Part shown: one piece after another, positions 1-9,468 of the stretch
How the letters are laid out: each line of letters starts with the position of its first letter
How positions within the stretch are numbered: the stretch's first letter is position 1
Assembly (NCBI GenBank): GCA_965237525.1
Contig: CBDEFO010000008.1
Coordinates: 544,001-608,000, forward strand
DNA length: 64,000 nucleotides
DNA from: Candidatus Latescibacterota bacterium
GTDB taxonomy: Bacteria; Latescibacterota; CBDEFO01
Direction: 5' to 3'
Notes under the pieces: generated by a model
Databases searched by the model: none
What the model saw: the letters and a program-made list of their open reading frames with translations, nothing else
Told to the model about the DNA's origin: nothing
Translations under genes and position numbers: made by a program

Positions 1-845
1 CGGTGATGAACTTGAGGCAGTGCTGAACTTGAAGCAGTGCTGAACTTTAAGCAGCGCTGAACTTGTTGGATCGCAACATCTGAGAAGACTGAATAACCCT
101 GGGTAGTATGTCTTACAGATTAGGTGAACTGCTTTCATAATCCGGAGGTAAGTAGAATGTCCAGTCCAGGTGACTACTCATGTGTCGTATTGTGAGTTTT
201 GCATACGACGATACGACACCTGATCAACTCAAGGTATTCTTCACCCTACGTTTAGGATTAGATCAGAAATCAGCTTGTAGGGCTTGTAGTAGGGTAGGAT
301 ACTAGAATGTATGTCATCCAGGGTTATTCAGCAAGCAGTGCTGAACTTGTTGGATCGCAACATCTGGGAAGACTGAATAACCTTGGGTAGTATGTCTTAC
401 AGATTAGGTGAACTGGTAAACGGGTGTGAACGGGAATGTCCTGTATTCGGGTAACAGCGTTGATGGTAATGACGCTTGAGGAAGTGAAGGCCTTCTCTTA
501 AGGACATCTCGGTTGCAGATTCCGGAGGTAAGTAGAATGTCCAGACCACCGGACTACTGATGGTGTCGTATTGTGAGTTTTGCATACGACGATACGACAC
601 CTGATCAACTCAAGGTATTCTTCGCCCTACGTTTAGGATTAGATTAGAAATCAGCCTGTAGGGCTTGTAGTAGGGTAGGATACTAGAATGTATGTCCCCC
701 AGGGTTATTCAGCAAGCAGTGCTGAACTTGAAGCAGTGCTGAACTTGTTGGATCGCAACATCTGAGAAGACTGAATAACCCTGGGTAGTATGTCTTACAG
801 ATTAGGTGAACTGCTAAACGGGTGTGAACGGGGATGTCCTGTATA
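1..845 (+). repeat. Tandem array of long structured non-coding units (unit 1 ~49-332, unit 2 333-713, partial unit 3 714-845); candidate ncRNA or MITE array
   Basis: Near-identical blocks recur, e.g. GTTGGATCGCAACATCTG(A/G)GAAGACTGAATAACC in all three units and TCCGGAGGTAAGTAGAATGTCCAG...CCAGGGTTATTCAGC at 141-332 and 521-713. Many internal inverted repeats; no credible ORF. Confidence 0.9.
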
Positions 846-847
846 AT

Positions 848-880
848 GAGCCCCCTGCGAAACGTAGGGGGCTCTTGTTT
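848..880 (+). terminator. Rho-independent terminator
   Basis: GAGCCCCCTGC-GAAAC-GTAGGGGGCTC hairpin followed by TTGTTT. Confidence 0.75.
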
Positions 881-994
881 GGATGGATCGTAGCAAGCGC
901 TCTAATTTCCGGCTCACTCAGCGTAGCAGAGGGCGACAGGCAACACTCCGTACAACGTCAAGATTCCACGTCCCGCCGAGATTGCCTGCCTTGA

Positions 995-1426
995 TCAGAA
1001 TGGAGAAACCCTATCTCGCCTTTGGAACTGGCTCATCCGGTTCTCCTGTTGCTCCTCCAGCTTCCCCTGCGCGTTCTTCTTCATATCCCTGAATTTGTCG
1101 GCGATGGCCACCCAGTCCGCGTCCCCACTTTCTTCCGCCTCAGCCATCATCTGCTCCCGCCTCTCCCACGGATCCTTCAGCAGCTCTCTGACCTGTTGCT
1201 CCTGCGCTTCTGTCAGCTCCAGCGCGAAGGAAAGTCGTGTCCAGAACCAATCGATATCTAAGGCCCGCATGGCCTCCATCCGGGGCTGCATCGCCCCGAA
1301 TCGCTCTTGATCAAATGTGCCCATTCCCCGAAACACCTCTTCTCCCGCCGCTTTAGCCGCCGAGCAGCCTATGGAGGCCAGAACGAGCAGGCCACAGATT
1401 ATCAGAACAATACGCCTTATCTCCAT
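995..1426 (-). CDS. Secreted/lipoprotein helical protein, Spy/CpxP (LTXXQ)-like
   Basis: Hydrophobic N-terminus with SIGC; LELTEAQ motif; charged helical body; GGAG RBS. Confidence 0.55.
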   Translation of the reverse strand: MEIRRIVLIICGLLVLASIGCSAAKAAGEEVFRGMGTFDQERFGAMQPRMEAMRALDIDWFWTRLSFALELTEAQEQQVRELLKDPWERREQMMAEAEESGDADWVAIADKFRDMKKNAQGKLEEQQENRMSQFQRRDRVSPF

Positions 1427-1789
1427 CTGTTACATCTCCTTCCAACGCTTCCCTTTGTACGGGCGGGGTCACTCCATTCCTACTTCTTCGTGAGGTTGAT
1501 GTCCCCTATCTTCTGGTACTAAACTGTGATATGCGGCATGGTCTTAAGCTCCGTGCCGTTCTGACGTCACACAAATGCTCACTCACACCTCAGCTTGTCT
1601 AATGGTCTTCAACTCGATGTCTTCACTGTGGGACGAGGCCAAGCCGCCGTCGGGGAAGCCTACTTCAGCTGGCTCTTGATCTGCCGCCAGCTTTCCGACT
1701 GGACTGACGTCGATCCATTTCCTCACGCCTTTTCTGTCTTTTCTCCTGTATCTGCTCCCGGTCCTTTCTGTGATCTTCTGTCAGTTAAG

Positions 1790-1948
1790 TGATTTACCTC
1801 CTGTTTTGTGTTGTTCCCTAACTCTTTATTTTGTTTAGGCTAACAGCCTCTCACCTTTTACGATGTTTCTTTATTTTTCACGGTGTTTCGGCTTGTTCCA
1901 GTAGAAATTTAGTAGAAGCTGGTAGAAAAGTAGCGGACAAAATTACTG
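1790..1948 (-). repeat. Copy A of a degenerate dispersed repeat (related to 24888, 48686, 55000)
   Basis: Reverse complement AGTAATTTTGTCC...GGAACAAGCCGAAACACCGTGAAA...GGCTGTTAGCCTAAAC aligns with 24888-25010. Confidence 0.7.
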
Positions 1949-2199
1949 AGGGATATTTAGTTTTCTTAGAAGCGCTTTTAAGTAGGAGCATAGCAACCCA
2001 TCGAGGCCTATCAATTCTCACCCACCTCCAAACTGAGAACTGAATGGTCCTACGACAACCACCGATTCTTATTGACATCTGCTATCTTATTTTGTATCTT
2101 CCCTGCAATTCGTGCGGTACTCGGCCGTGAAACCGAAGACGGCTTTGAATTTGATTTCGAGCATGACGTCTTCATGGTTGACACCAGAACTCCCATCGG

Positions 2200-2852
2200 C
2201 CGCGGGGGATATTGGCGCACTGCATAAGAACAACTTCAGCTACGTGGCATACGGTCTCCATGACACCAGCGCCGTCACCGTGGTGGTGAACTACGCTCTG
2301 GTACCAGACGTTAGTTTTGACGAACTTGTCCGTCAGTGCCGCGCAGCGCTTGCTTGGATTTGGAGGAATGCAGATCGCTTCGGCGGTAACCGCGAACAAA
2401 TATTTGTCTCGGGCCACTCGGCAGGCGGGCACCTCGTTGCAATGATGATGGCGACCGACTGGCCCGCATTCGACCCGGAGTTGCCCGTCCAGCCGATCTG
2501 TGGCGGTTGTGGAATCAGCGGCCTTTATGACCTCGAGCCCATCCGGCTCTGCTTTCTGAACGAGGATCTCAGGCTCAGCGAGGAAGACGCGGCACGCAAT
2601 AGCCCCATGAAACAACGGCGCACCTGTCTCTCACCCCTTTTGTTGCCAGTTGGCGCGACGGAAGGGCCAGAGTATCTACGTCAGTCAAATGACCTCGCCG
2701 AAGCTTGGTTTCACTCCGGCAAGACACCTGACGTCCTGGTGATGCTGGGCCACAACCATTTTTCCATCGCGACGCAGCTGGATGATCCGGAAAGTGAACT
2801 ATCCCGAGCGATCCAGTATCAAATGGGCCTGGGGCCCGGCCCGCCCGGATGA
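2200..2852 (+). pseudogene. 5'-truncated alpha/beta hydrolase (arylformamidase-like)
   Basis: GHSAGG nucleophile motif, SGLYDLEP and HNHF. The GGYWR motif lies in another frame at ~2205-2220 and the N-terminus is missing. Confidence 0.7.
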
Positions 2853-2890
2853 CGAAGTAAACACCCGGTACACCACTCAAGGAGTTCATC

Positions 2891-4114
2891 ATGTCTACGA
2901 TCATTCTTCTCATTGGAGCTTTTGATGTAAAAGGAGAGGAGTACTGCTTCGTAAAAGAACAAATCGAGGACCAAGGCTGTAGCGTGTTAACAATGAACAT
3001 CGGGGTTTTAGGTGATACGGATTTGTTTGTAACTGATATTCCCAATGCGCAGGTTGCTAAAGCGGGCGGAACGGATATCACAAAACTTCAGAAAGACAAA
3101 GATCGGGGCAAAGCCATGGAAGCCATGGCCAAAGGAGCCGCCGCACTGACCAGGCAGTATTTTGATGAAGGCAAGTTTCAGGGCGTGCTGGGTATGGGTG
3201 GCAGCGGTGGAACCAGCGTCATTTCAAGTGCCATGCGAGCCTTGCCGATTGGCGCACCCAAAGTTTTGGTCTCAACCGTGGCAGCAGGTGACACCACCAT
3301 CATTACGGGGGTCAAGGACATCACCATGATTCCCTCAATTGTTGATGTCGCTGGTATCAATCCGATCAGCGAGAAAGTTTTTAAGGAAGCCGTCGGGGCT
3401 ATCTGTGGTATGACGAAAATGGATTATTCGCTCAGCGGAAAATCCAGGCCAGTGGTCTGTGCCAGTATGTTCGGCAATACCACAGATTGCGTGAATATGT
3501 GCCGCGAATCGCTGGTCGAAAAAGGATATGAAGTATTGGTGTTTCACGCTACCGGTACAGGCGGCCGGACTATGGAAGGCTTAGTTGATGATGGGTATGT
3601 CGACGCCGTTTTGGATATCACTCCAACAGAATGGGCTGATGAGATATGCGGTGGTGTCTTTAGTGCGGGCCCTGACCGGCTGGCCGCGCCCGGCCGCGCC
3701 GGGATACCTCATCTCATAGCTCCCGGATGTGTGGACATGGCCAACTTCGGGCCCATCGAATCGGTCCCAGAAAAATACAATAATCGACAGCTCTACCAAT
3801 GGAATCCAAATGTGACATTGATGCGAACCAACGTTGAGGAAAATAGAGCCATGGGGAAGATCTTCGCGGAGAAAGCTAACGCTTCCCAAGGACCAGTAGC
3901 TTTTCTTTTGCCAATCCGCGGGGTGTCTATACTGGATAGCGACGGGGATCAGTTTTGGTTACCCGAAGCCGATCGAGCGATCTTTGATGCGATTAAGGAA
4001 AATCTCAGACCGAACATTGAAGTGGTGGAATTGGATGCAAATATTAATGATTCGGCCTTTGCAGAAACGGCAGTGGACATGCTGTTGGCGCTTATGCCTC
4101 CCGGCAGAGCTTGA
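2891..4114 (+). CDS. Tm-1-like ATP-binding domain protein (UPF0261)
   Basis: DVKGEE, GGSGGT, LPIGAPK, VFHATGTGG and DMANFG motifs; AGGAG RBS. Confidence 0.9.
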   Translation: MSTIILLIGAFDVKGEEYCFVKEQIEDQGCSVLTMNIGVLGDTDLFVTDIPNAQVAKAGGTDITKLQKDKDRGKAMEAMAKGAAALTRQYFDEGKFQGVLGMGGSGGTSVISSAMRALPIGAPKVLVSTVAAGDTTIITGVKDITMIPSIVDVAGINPISEKVFKEAVGAICGMTKMDYSLSGKSRPVVCASMFGNTTDCVNMCRESLVEKGYEVLVFHATGTGGRTMEGLVDDGYVDAVLDITPTEWADEICGGVFSAGPDRLAAPGRAGIPHLIAPGCVDMANFGPIESVPEKYNNRQLYQWNPNVTLMRTNVEENRAMGKIFAEKANASQGPVAFLLPIRGVSILDSDGDQFWLPEADRAIFDAIKENLRPNIEVVELDANINDSAFAETAVDMLLALMPPGRA

Positions 4115-4138
4115 TTAGCAATCGAATGGAGCAAGAGT

Positions 4139-4966
4139 ATGGCTTTTACAAGAGAGCAAGTAATTGATCGCCTTCGGGCGAGTATAGACAAGGGAGTGCC
4201 CATAATCGGCGGCGGCGCAGGCGCTGGAATTTCCGCAAAATTCGAAGAGGCCGGCGGAGTAGACTTGATCGTAATCTATAACTCCGGACGTTTCCGGATG
4301 GGTGGTCACGGTTCCCTGGCGGGTTGTATGCCCTACGGCGATGCCAATGCCATTGTCATGGAAATGGCCCATGAAGTACTGCCCGTGGTGAAAAACACAC
4401 CTGTTTTAGCTGGCGTTTGTGGAACAGATCCCTTTCGGATGATGGATGTGTTTCTCAAACAGATTATCGAAGCCGGATTCTCAGGAGTACAGAACTTCCC
4501 CACAGTGGGGCTTTGCGACGGGATGTTCCGACAAAATTTGGAAGAAACCGGAATGGGATTCGGCCTTGAGGTCGATATGATTCGCCAAGCCAACCAACTG
4601 AATCTATTTACTACGCCCTATATTTTCAATGTTGATGAAGCCAAGGCTATGGCCGAAGCTAATGCAGATGTCGTGGTGGCACACATGGGCTTGACCACTA
4701 AAGGTTCAATCGGTGCGAGCACTGCGTTGACTCTGGAAGAAGCGCCGAGCAAGGTACAGGAACTTTGCGACGCCGCCAAACGAGTGAATCCGGATGTTGT
4801 GTGCCTTTGTCATGGTGGTCCAATTTCCATGCCAGATGATGCCGAATACGTCTTAAAAAACACCGAAGGGGTACATGGATTCTATGGCGCCTCGAGTATG
4901 GAGCGCTTGCCTACGGAAATCGCTATCACAGAACAAATGAAAGAATTTAAGGCGATCCAATTCTAG
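4139..4966 (+). CDS. TIM-barrel phosphoenolpyruvate hydrolase-like protein
   Basis: [29 protein letters not shown] and [12 protein letters not shown] motifs; usual partner of UPF0261. Confidence 0.9.
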   Translation: MAFTREQVIDRLRASIDKGVPIIGGGAGAGISAKFEEAGGVDLIVIYNSGRFRMGGHGSLAGCMPYGDANAIVMEMAHEVLPVVKNTPVLAGVCGTDPFRMMDVFLKQIIEAGFSGVQNFPTVGLCDGMFRQNLEETGMGFGLEVDMIRQANQLNLFTTPYIFNVDEAKAMAEANADVVVAHMGLTTKGSIGASTALTLEEAPSKVQELCDAAKRVNPDVVCLCHGGPISMPDDAEYVLKNTEGVHGFYGASSMERLPTEIAITEQMKEFKAIQF

Positions 4967-5263
4967 GTGCCAGCTTCAAACGGAACGGTTTCCAATTCTA
5001 TTGGGGGATAACACTTAGCGCTGATAGATCGCTGGAGCTCAATGTAGGTCAAATATGATCGCCCTTCTGGCGTTTGAATCGGTTTATATAACTTTCTAAT
5101 GGGCGCCCGCCATCTTGAACGTCCTCGGCTCTAGCGGTCCCTTGCGTACGATCCCAAAACCCTACTGAGACAATACACGTCCCGGCCACACAACTACCTC
5201 GCCATGTGTTGTGTCTTATTTCGACCCTTTGGACTTAATCAGTATTGAACAAATAATTTCTGG

Positions 5264-5368
5264 TTAACCCATTCGAAAAGTCATACCGCCATCTACGGGT
5301 ACTGCAACACCCGCAATAAAACCGGTTTCCTCCGAGGCCAGGAAAAGGCCCGCATGGGCAACATCTGC
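5264..5368 (-). pseudogene. C-terminal fragment of an SDR oxidoreductase
   Basis: DVAHAGLFLASEETGFIAGVAVPVDGG is a typical SDR C-terminus; no upstream SDR sequence. Confidence 0.65.
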
Positions 5369-5518
5369 TCGGGCGGAGGTTTCGGCAACAGCATTGAGCT
5401 CGACGACGGGACTCTTGTGACCAGTTATTCCTATTGGCGGCCTGACGTCTGGCCACCGGACCCGCCGACACCGGACAAACTCTTCAATTGTGAAGTGGTT
5501 CGCTGGCGTTTGCCGTAA
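5369..5518 (+). pseudogene. C-terminal fragment of a BNR/sialidase-like protein
   Basis: Reads SGGGFGNSIELDDGTLVTSYSY...EVVRWRLP*. Confidence 0.55.
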
Positions 5519-5838
5519 GAGTAGGCCGGGATGCTCCGCAACGCCCATTCTGTTGGTGAAGATATATCCCGCCATGACCTGTGGGGATATGCGTTTCCAG
5601 ACCGCCGTTACGCCAAAGGAACCACGGTCCTCGTCGACAAGGTGGAGACGGCAACAAAATTCCAACGATACCGCGGGTTTTTCAATGGATCTATGGCCTG
5701 AGAGAAGGCGGACCTTTCCAGGACTGATGAAAATCACTACTGTAAAATAGACAGGTGAGGATTTTCTACCCCGGGCAATTCGTATGTGAGCGTGATATAA
5801 GTTTATTGGCCTAATTTTCAAGTGTGAAAGGAATCGAT

Positions 5839-7554
5839 ATGGAATGGGATTATCTTTGTGTAATAACTATTGTGTTTTGCCTTGCGGCCATTCTGCCTCA
5901 TTCTGGTTGTGGGGCACAGCCTGCGGCAGAGGAAGAAACCGAAATCCTCAAGATCACTGTCGGTAAGCCGACCCAGCTCAGCGATGAGGTTAATCAGAGT
6001 ACCGCGAGCGTGGCGGTCTCGCGTACCGGGACCGTCGCCGCTTTCTATCCGAAGCCAGGCACCGAAGCCAAGTTCTATCGCATTTCAAAAGACGGCGGTC
6101 GGACCTGGGGCAAGGAGCTGGACTTTCCTCCTGGGTATGCAGGCCCCATGTCGGTAGGCCTCCGCGAAGGTGGGGTCCTCTTTATGGTGCGCAAATCCAG
6201 GCACGAACTAGAAGCCAAGCGGATAGTCTTCTCTGACGATTTCCTGAAGTATGAAGTTGGCACCTCAGCGGTGTCCGTGCCAAACGCAGTTCTGCAAACG
6301 AAGTGGGCGGAGTTTTGGCCCTTCTTAGCCAAGGGAAAGATAGTCCAGTTACCTAGCGGTGATTTGCTGGGCACCATATACGGGAACCTCAAAGGCGATA
6401 CCCAGTATCGCACCATGATCGCGCGATCGACGGACTTGGGCCAGAGTTGGCAGTACCATGCCACCGTAGCCTATAGCCCAAACGACCCGGATCCGGAATT
6501 GGCTGGCGGATACTGTGGTTATTGCGAGCCAAGCCTGGCCTTACTGTCCAACGGGCAACTCTTGTGCATAATGAGGACGCAGGGAACGCAATTCCCCGGG
6601 GAATATCGGCCACTGTACCAGTGCTGGTCCGACGATCTAGGCAAGACATGGACCAAGCCAGTACTGAGCGAGCCGCACTTGATGAATATCTCGCCGACGC
6701 TGGCGACATTGGATAACGGTGTGCTGGCCTGTCAGTACGGCCGGCCGGGCTTTCACGTTGCGTTCAGTCTGGACAATGGCCACACGTGGCAGGACCGCGT
6801 CAGCTTCTCGCATCTGCCATGTGGGGTCATCACTGGCCAGTTTGACATGATCAAAGTCGGCCCGAACCGATTGTTGGCTATCGGGAATGATTCCGAAGGC
6901 ACGAAGGTATGGCCGTTGACCGTTGACCGCGTGAAGGTATCAACAACTCACGGACGTCTTCATGGCCGTGTATTGGATGAACAGGGTAATCCGATTGCCA
7001 ATGCAACGATCGAGCGCAGCCCCAACCGTTACACCGCCGACGACTGGCTGGATCACGAATCTAAGTTGGACTGGTGGGGAGCCGGGACTCCCGTGACGGT
7101 CGGTTCACCCAGCTTGGGGTTCAGATCTATTCGACAGGGAAACGGGTATCCGACGGTGAACTCGGATACAGAGGGTCGACTTGATTTTCATGATGTGCCA
7201 TTGAGCGAATACGTGTTGACCGTGGAAGCGGATGGTTACGCGCCTCAACAACGACACGTCAACGTTCGGCCGGAATCTGAGTCGCAGGATTTCAAACTCA
7301 AGCCGGGCCGGCTTGTGCGCAGCCAGGTTGTGGATGAAACAGGCCAGGGGATTCGGGGCATATGTGTGATACTCAACAGATGGCACGTCCACACGGATCG
7401 AGCTGGCTACTTCCACTGGTCAGTAGAGTTTCCGCTGCCGCAGCAGGTGGAAATCAAGGTCTACAAGCGGTACAGCGGTCAGTACGAGACATTGGAAACT
7501 ACGGTTGCCCTATCGCAGATCGAACGTCAGCCGATCACCCTGAAGAACAGATAA
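5839..7554 (+). CDS. Secreted BNR/Asp-box (sialidase-like) beta-propeller with C-terminal carboxypeptidase-regulatory-like domains
   Basis: Asp-boxes SKDGGRTW, STDLGQSW, SDDLGKTW, SLDNGHTW; GRVLDEQGNPIANA and LTVEADGYAP; signal peptide; AAGGA RBS. Confidence 0.8.
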   Translation: MEWDYLCVITIVFCLAAILPHSGCGAQPAAEEETEILKITVGKPTQLSDEVNQSTASVAVSRTGTVAAFYPKPGTEAKFYRISKDGGRTWGKELDFPPGYAGPMSVGLREGGVLFMVRKSRHELEAKRIVFSDDFLKYEVGTSAVSVPNAVLQTKWAEFWPFLAKGKIVQLPSGDLLGTIYGNLKGDTQYRTMIARSTDLGQSWQYHATVAYSPNDPDPELAGGYCGYCEPSLALLSNGQLLCIMRTQGTQFPGEYRPLYQCWSDDLGKTWTKPVLSEPHLMNISPTLATLDNGVLACQYGRPGFHVAFSLDNGHTWQDRVSFSHLPCGVITGQFDMIKVGPNRLLAIGNDSEGTKVWPLTVDRVKVSTTHGRLHGRVLDEQGNPIANATIERSPNRYTADDWLDHESKLDWWGAGTPVTVGSPSLGFRSIRQGNGYPTVNSDTEGRLDFHDVPLSEYVLTVEADGYAPQQRHVNVRPESESQDFKLKPGRLVRSQVVDETGQGIRGICVILNRWHVHTDRAGYFHWSVEFPLPQQVEIKVYKRYSGQYETLETTVALSQIERQPITLKNR

Positions 7555-7600
7555 CTCGGTAGCCACATTTTTCACCGAAGAAGTACTGAAAGGAATCGAC

Positions 7601-9340
7601 ATGGAATGGGATTGTCTTTGTGTAATAACTATTATGTTTTGCCTCGCGGCCGTTGTGCGTGATGCTGGTTGTGCCGAAAAGTCTGCGGCAGCGGAAGAAA
7701 CCGAGATCCTCAAGATCACCGTCGGCGATCCGACCCACCTCAGCCGTCTGGTTGGACAGAATACCGCCTCTTTGATGGTGTCGCGCACGGGCGTCGTGGC
7801 GGCGTTCTACCCAAAGCTGGTGGACAGTCCAAAGTTTTACCGGCTCTCAACCGACGGCGGGCACACGTGGAGTCAGGAGATGGATTCTCCACCTGAGCTG
7901 GGCGGCGGTCAGGACAGTGGGACACTGCGAGACGGCGGCGTCATCATGCCGACGAACGATCCGCAGCCCTCAGCCAGTGGCAAAGAAGGCTGGTACGACG
8001 TGATGTTCGTGCGCTTTGCGGACGATATGATGAGCTGGGAGTCCGAAGCAGTCGAGATTTACGTGCCCAACGCCGGCCCGACCTCGCTGGACATTAAGCA
8101 CCCCGCCCTCTCAAAGGGCAAAATGGTGCAGCTCCCGAACGGCGACATGCTGGCGCCGATGTTTGGCGGCTTCAAAGGCGACAGCGAAAGTATCCATCGG
8201 GCGGTCATAGTCCGGTCAACAGATCAGGGATGCACCTGGGAGTTCTACGCCTCCATTGCTTATGATCCGGTGGACCCGCATCCGGAGCTTCCCGGCCAAT
8301 ATTTAAGCGCCTGCGAACCGAGCATCACGCTGTTGCCCAACGGCAAGATGGTGGCGATGCTGCGAACGCAATATTCGCACTATCACGGCGAATACAAGCC
8401 CATGGCGGTGTGCTGGTCCGACGATCTGGGAGTGACGTGGACAAAACCGGCGGCTACCCAGCCGCACCTGATGAACATCTCGCCGACGCTGGCCGCGCTG
8501 GACAACGGCGTGGTGGCCTGTCAATACGGCCGGCCCGGGTTTCATGTCGCCTTCAGCACGGACGACGGGCATATCTGGGGTGACCGCGTAAGCTTTTCAG
8601 ATCTTCCATGCGGTGTCATTACCGGCCAGTTTGACATGATCAAAGTCGGCCCCAACGAACTGGTCGCTATCGGAAGCGACAAGGACGGTGTGAAGGTGTG
8701 GCCGCTATCTGTTGAAAGGCTCATGGTTGGGCCTGGGCACGTAACTTTGACCGGCCGAGTATCGGGTGAAGGACTTGCGCCGGTGGCGGGCGCCCTGGTC
8801 GAACTAGGCCCCAACCGATATACGGACGACGATTGGCTGGAGCACGCCACCAAATTGGGCCCCTGGAAAGCAACCCCACTTACCATCGGCTCTCCGGCGC
8901 TGGGATACAGATCTATCCGAAAGGAGAACGGCTATCCAACAGTGCAGACGGATGCTGAGGGAGAGTTCCGATTCGAGTCCGTCAAACTCGGCGAATATGT
9001 CCTGACGGTTGAAGCCGAGGGTTACGCCCCGGAGCAACGTCACATCAAGCTGGATCCGGAAGTCAGGCCGGAGCACTTCAGGCTCAAGCCAGGGCGGATC
9101 GTGCGCGGAAAGGTCGTGGATGAGCGCGGTAAAACTATCGGTGGCGTCTGCGTCGTGCTGAATCTCTGGCACTGCCACACCGACCCCAGCGGATTCTACC
9201 ACTGGTCGGTCGAATCTCCCCCGCCAGAGCAGGTGACCATGCGAGTCTACAAGCGGTACAGTGGTCCATACGAGACACTCAAGGCAACAGTGCCGTTCTC
9301 AGAGCTGGAGCGCCAGCCGATCACATTGAAGAACAGATAA
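7601..9340 (+). CDS. Paralog of 5839-7554 (BNR/sialidase-like + carboxypeptidase-regulatory-like)
   Basis: Asp-boxes STDGGHTW, STDQGCTW, SDDLGVTW; near-identical N- and C-termini (MEWD..., ERQPITLKNR). Confidence 0.8.
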   Translation: MEWDCLCVITIMFCLAAVVRDAGCAEKSAAAEETEILKITVGDPTHLSRLVGQNTASLMVSRTGVVAAFYPKLVDSPKFYRLSTDGGHTWSQEMDSPPELGGGQDSGTLRDGGVIMPTNDPQPSASGKEGWYDVMFVRFADDMMSWESEAVEIYVPNAGPTSLDIKHPALSKGKMVQLPNGDMLAPMFGGFKGDSESIHRAVIVRSTDQGCTWEFYASIAYDPVDPHPELPGQYLSACEPSITLLPNGKMVAMLRTQYSHYHGEYKPMAVCWSDDLGVTWTKPAATQPHLMNISPTLAALDNGVVACQYGRPGFHVAFSTDDGHIWGDRVSFSDLPCGVITGQFDMIKVGPNELVAIGSDKDGVKVWPLSVERLMVGPGHVTLTGRVSGEGLAPVAGALVELGPNRYTDDDWLEHATKLGPWKATPLTIGSPALGYRSIRKENGYPTVQTDAEGEFRFESVKLGEYVLTVEAEGYAPEQRHIKLDPEVRPEHFRLKPGRIVRGKVVDERGKTIGGVCVVLNLWHCHTDPSGFYHWSVESPPPEQVTMRVYKRYSGPYETLKATVPFSELERQPITLKNR

Positions 9341-9468
9341 CTGGATAACCAGATTTGACGGTCAAGAAGGCATAACACCTCCTACCTTCAGTAATTGCGA
9401 GGCGCTTAACCCCGAAGCAATCTCGGAGGAATTGTTCCTTGATTCCTTAGCCGAAAGGAGCACCAGAT

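Noticed and set aside
397..600. 67-aa minus-strand ORF in the array
   Set aside because: Not preserved as an ORF in the other unit; no RBS or recognisable motif
1..845. CRISPR array
   Set aside because: The sequences between the short repeats are themselves repeated and 200-300 bp long; no unique spacers and no cas genes in the window
5264..5821. 185-aa ORF as a real gene
   Set aside because: Only the last ~35 aa are SDR-like; the rest is antisense read-through of unrelated fragments
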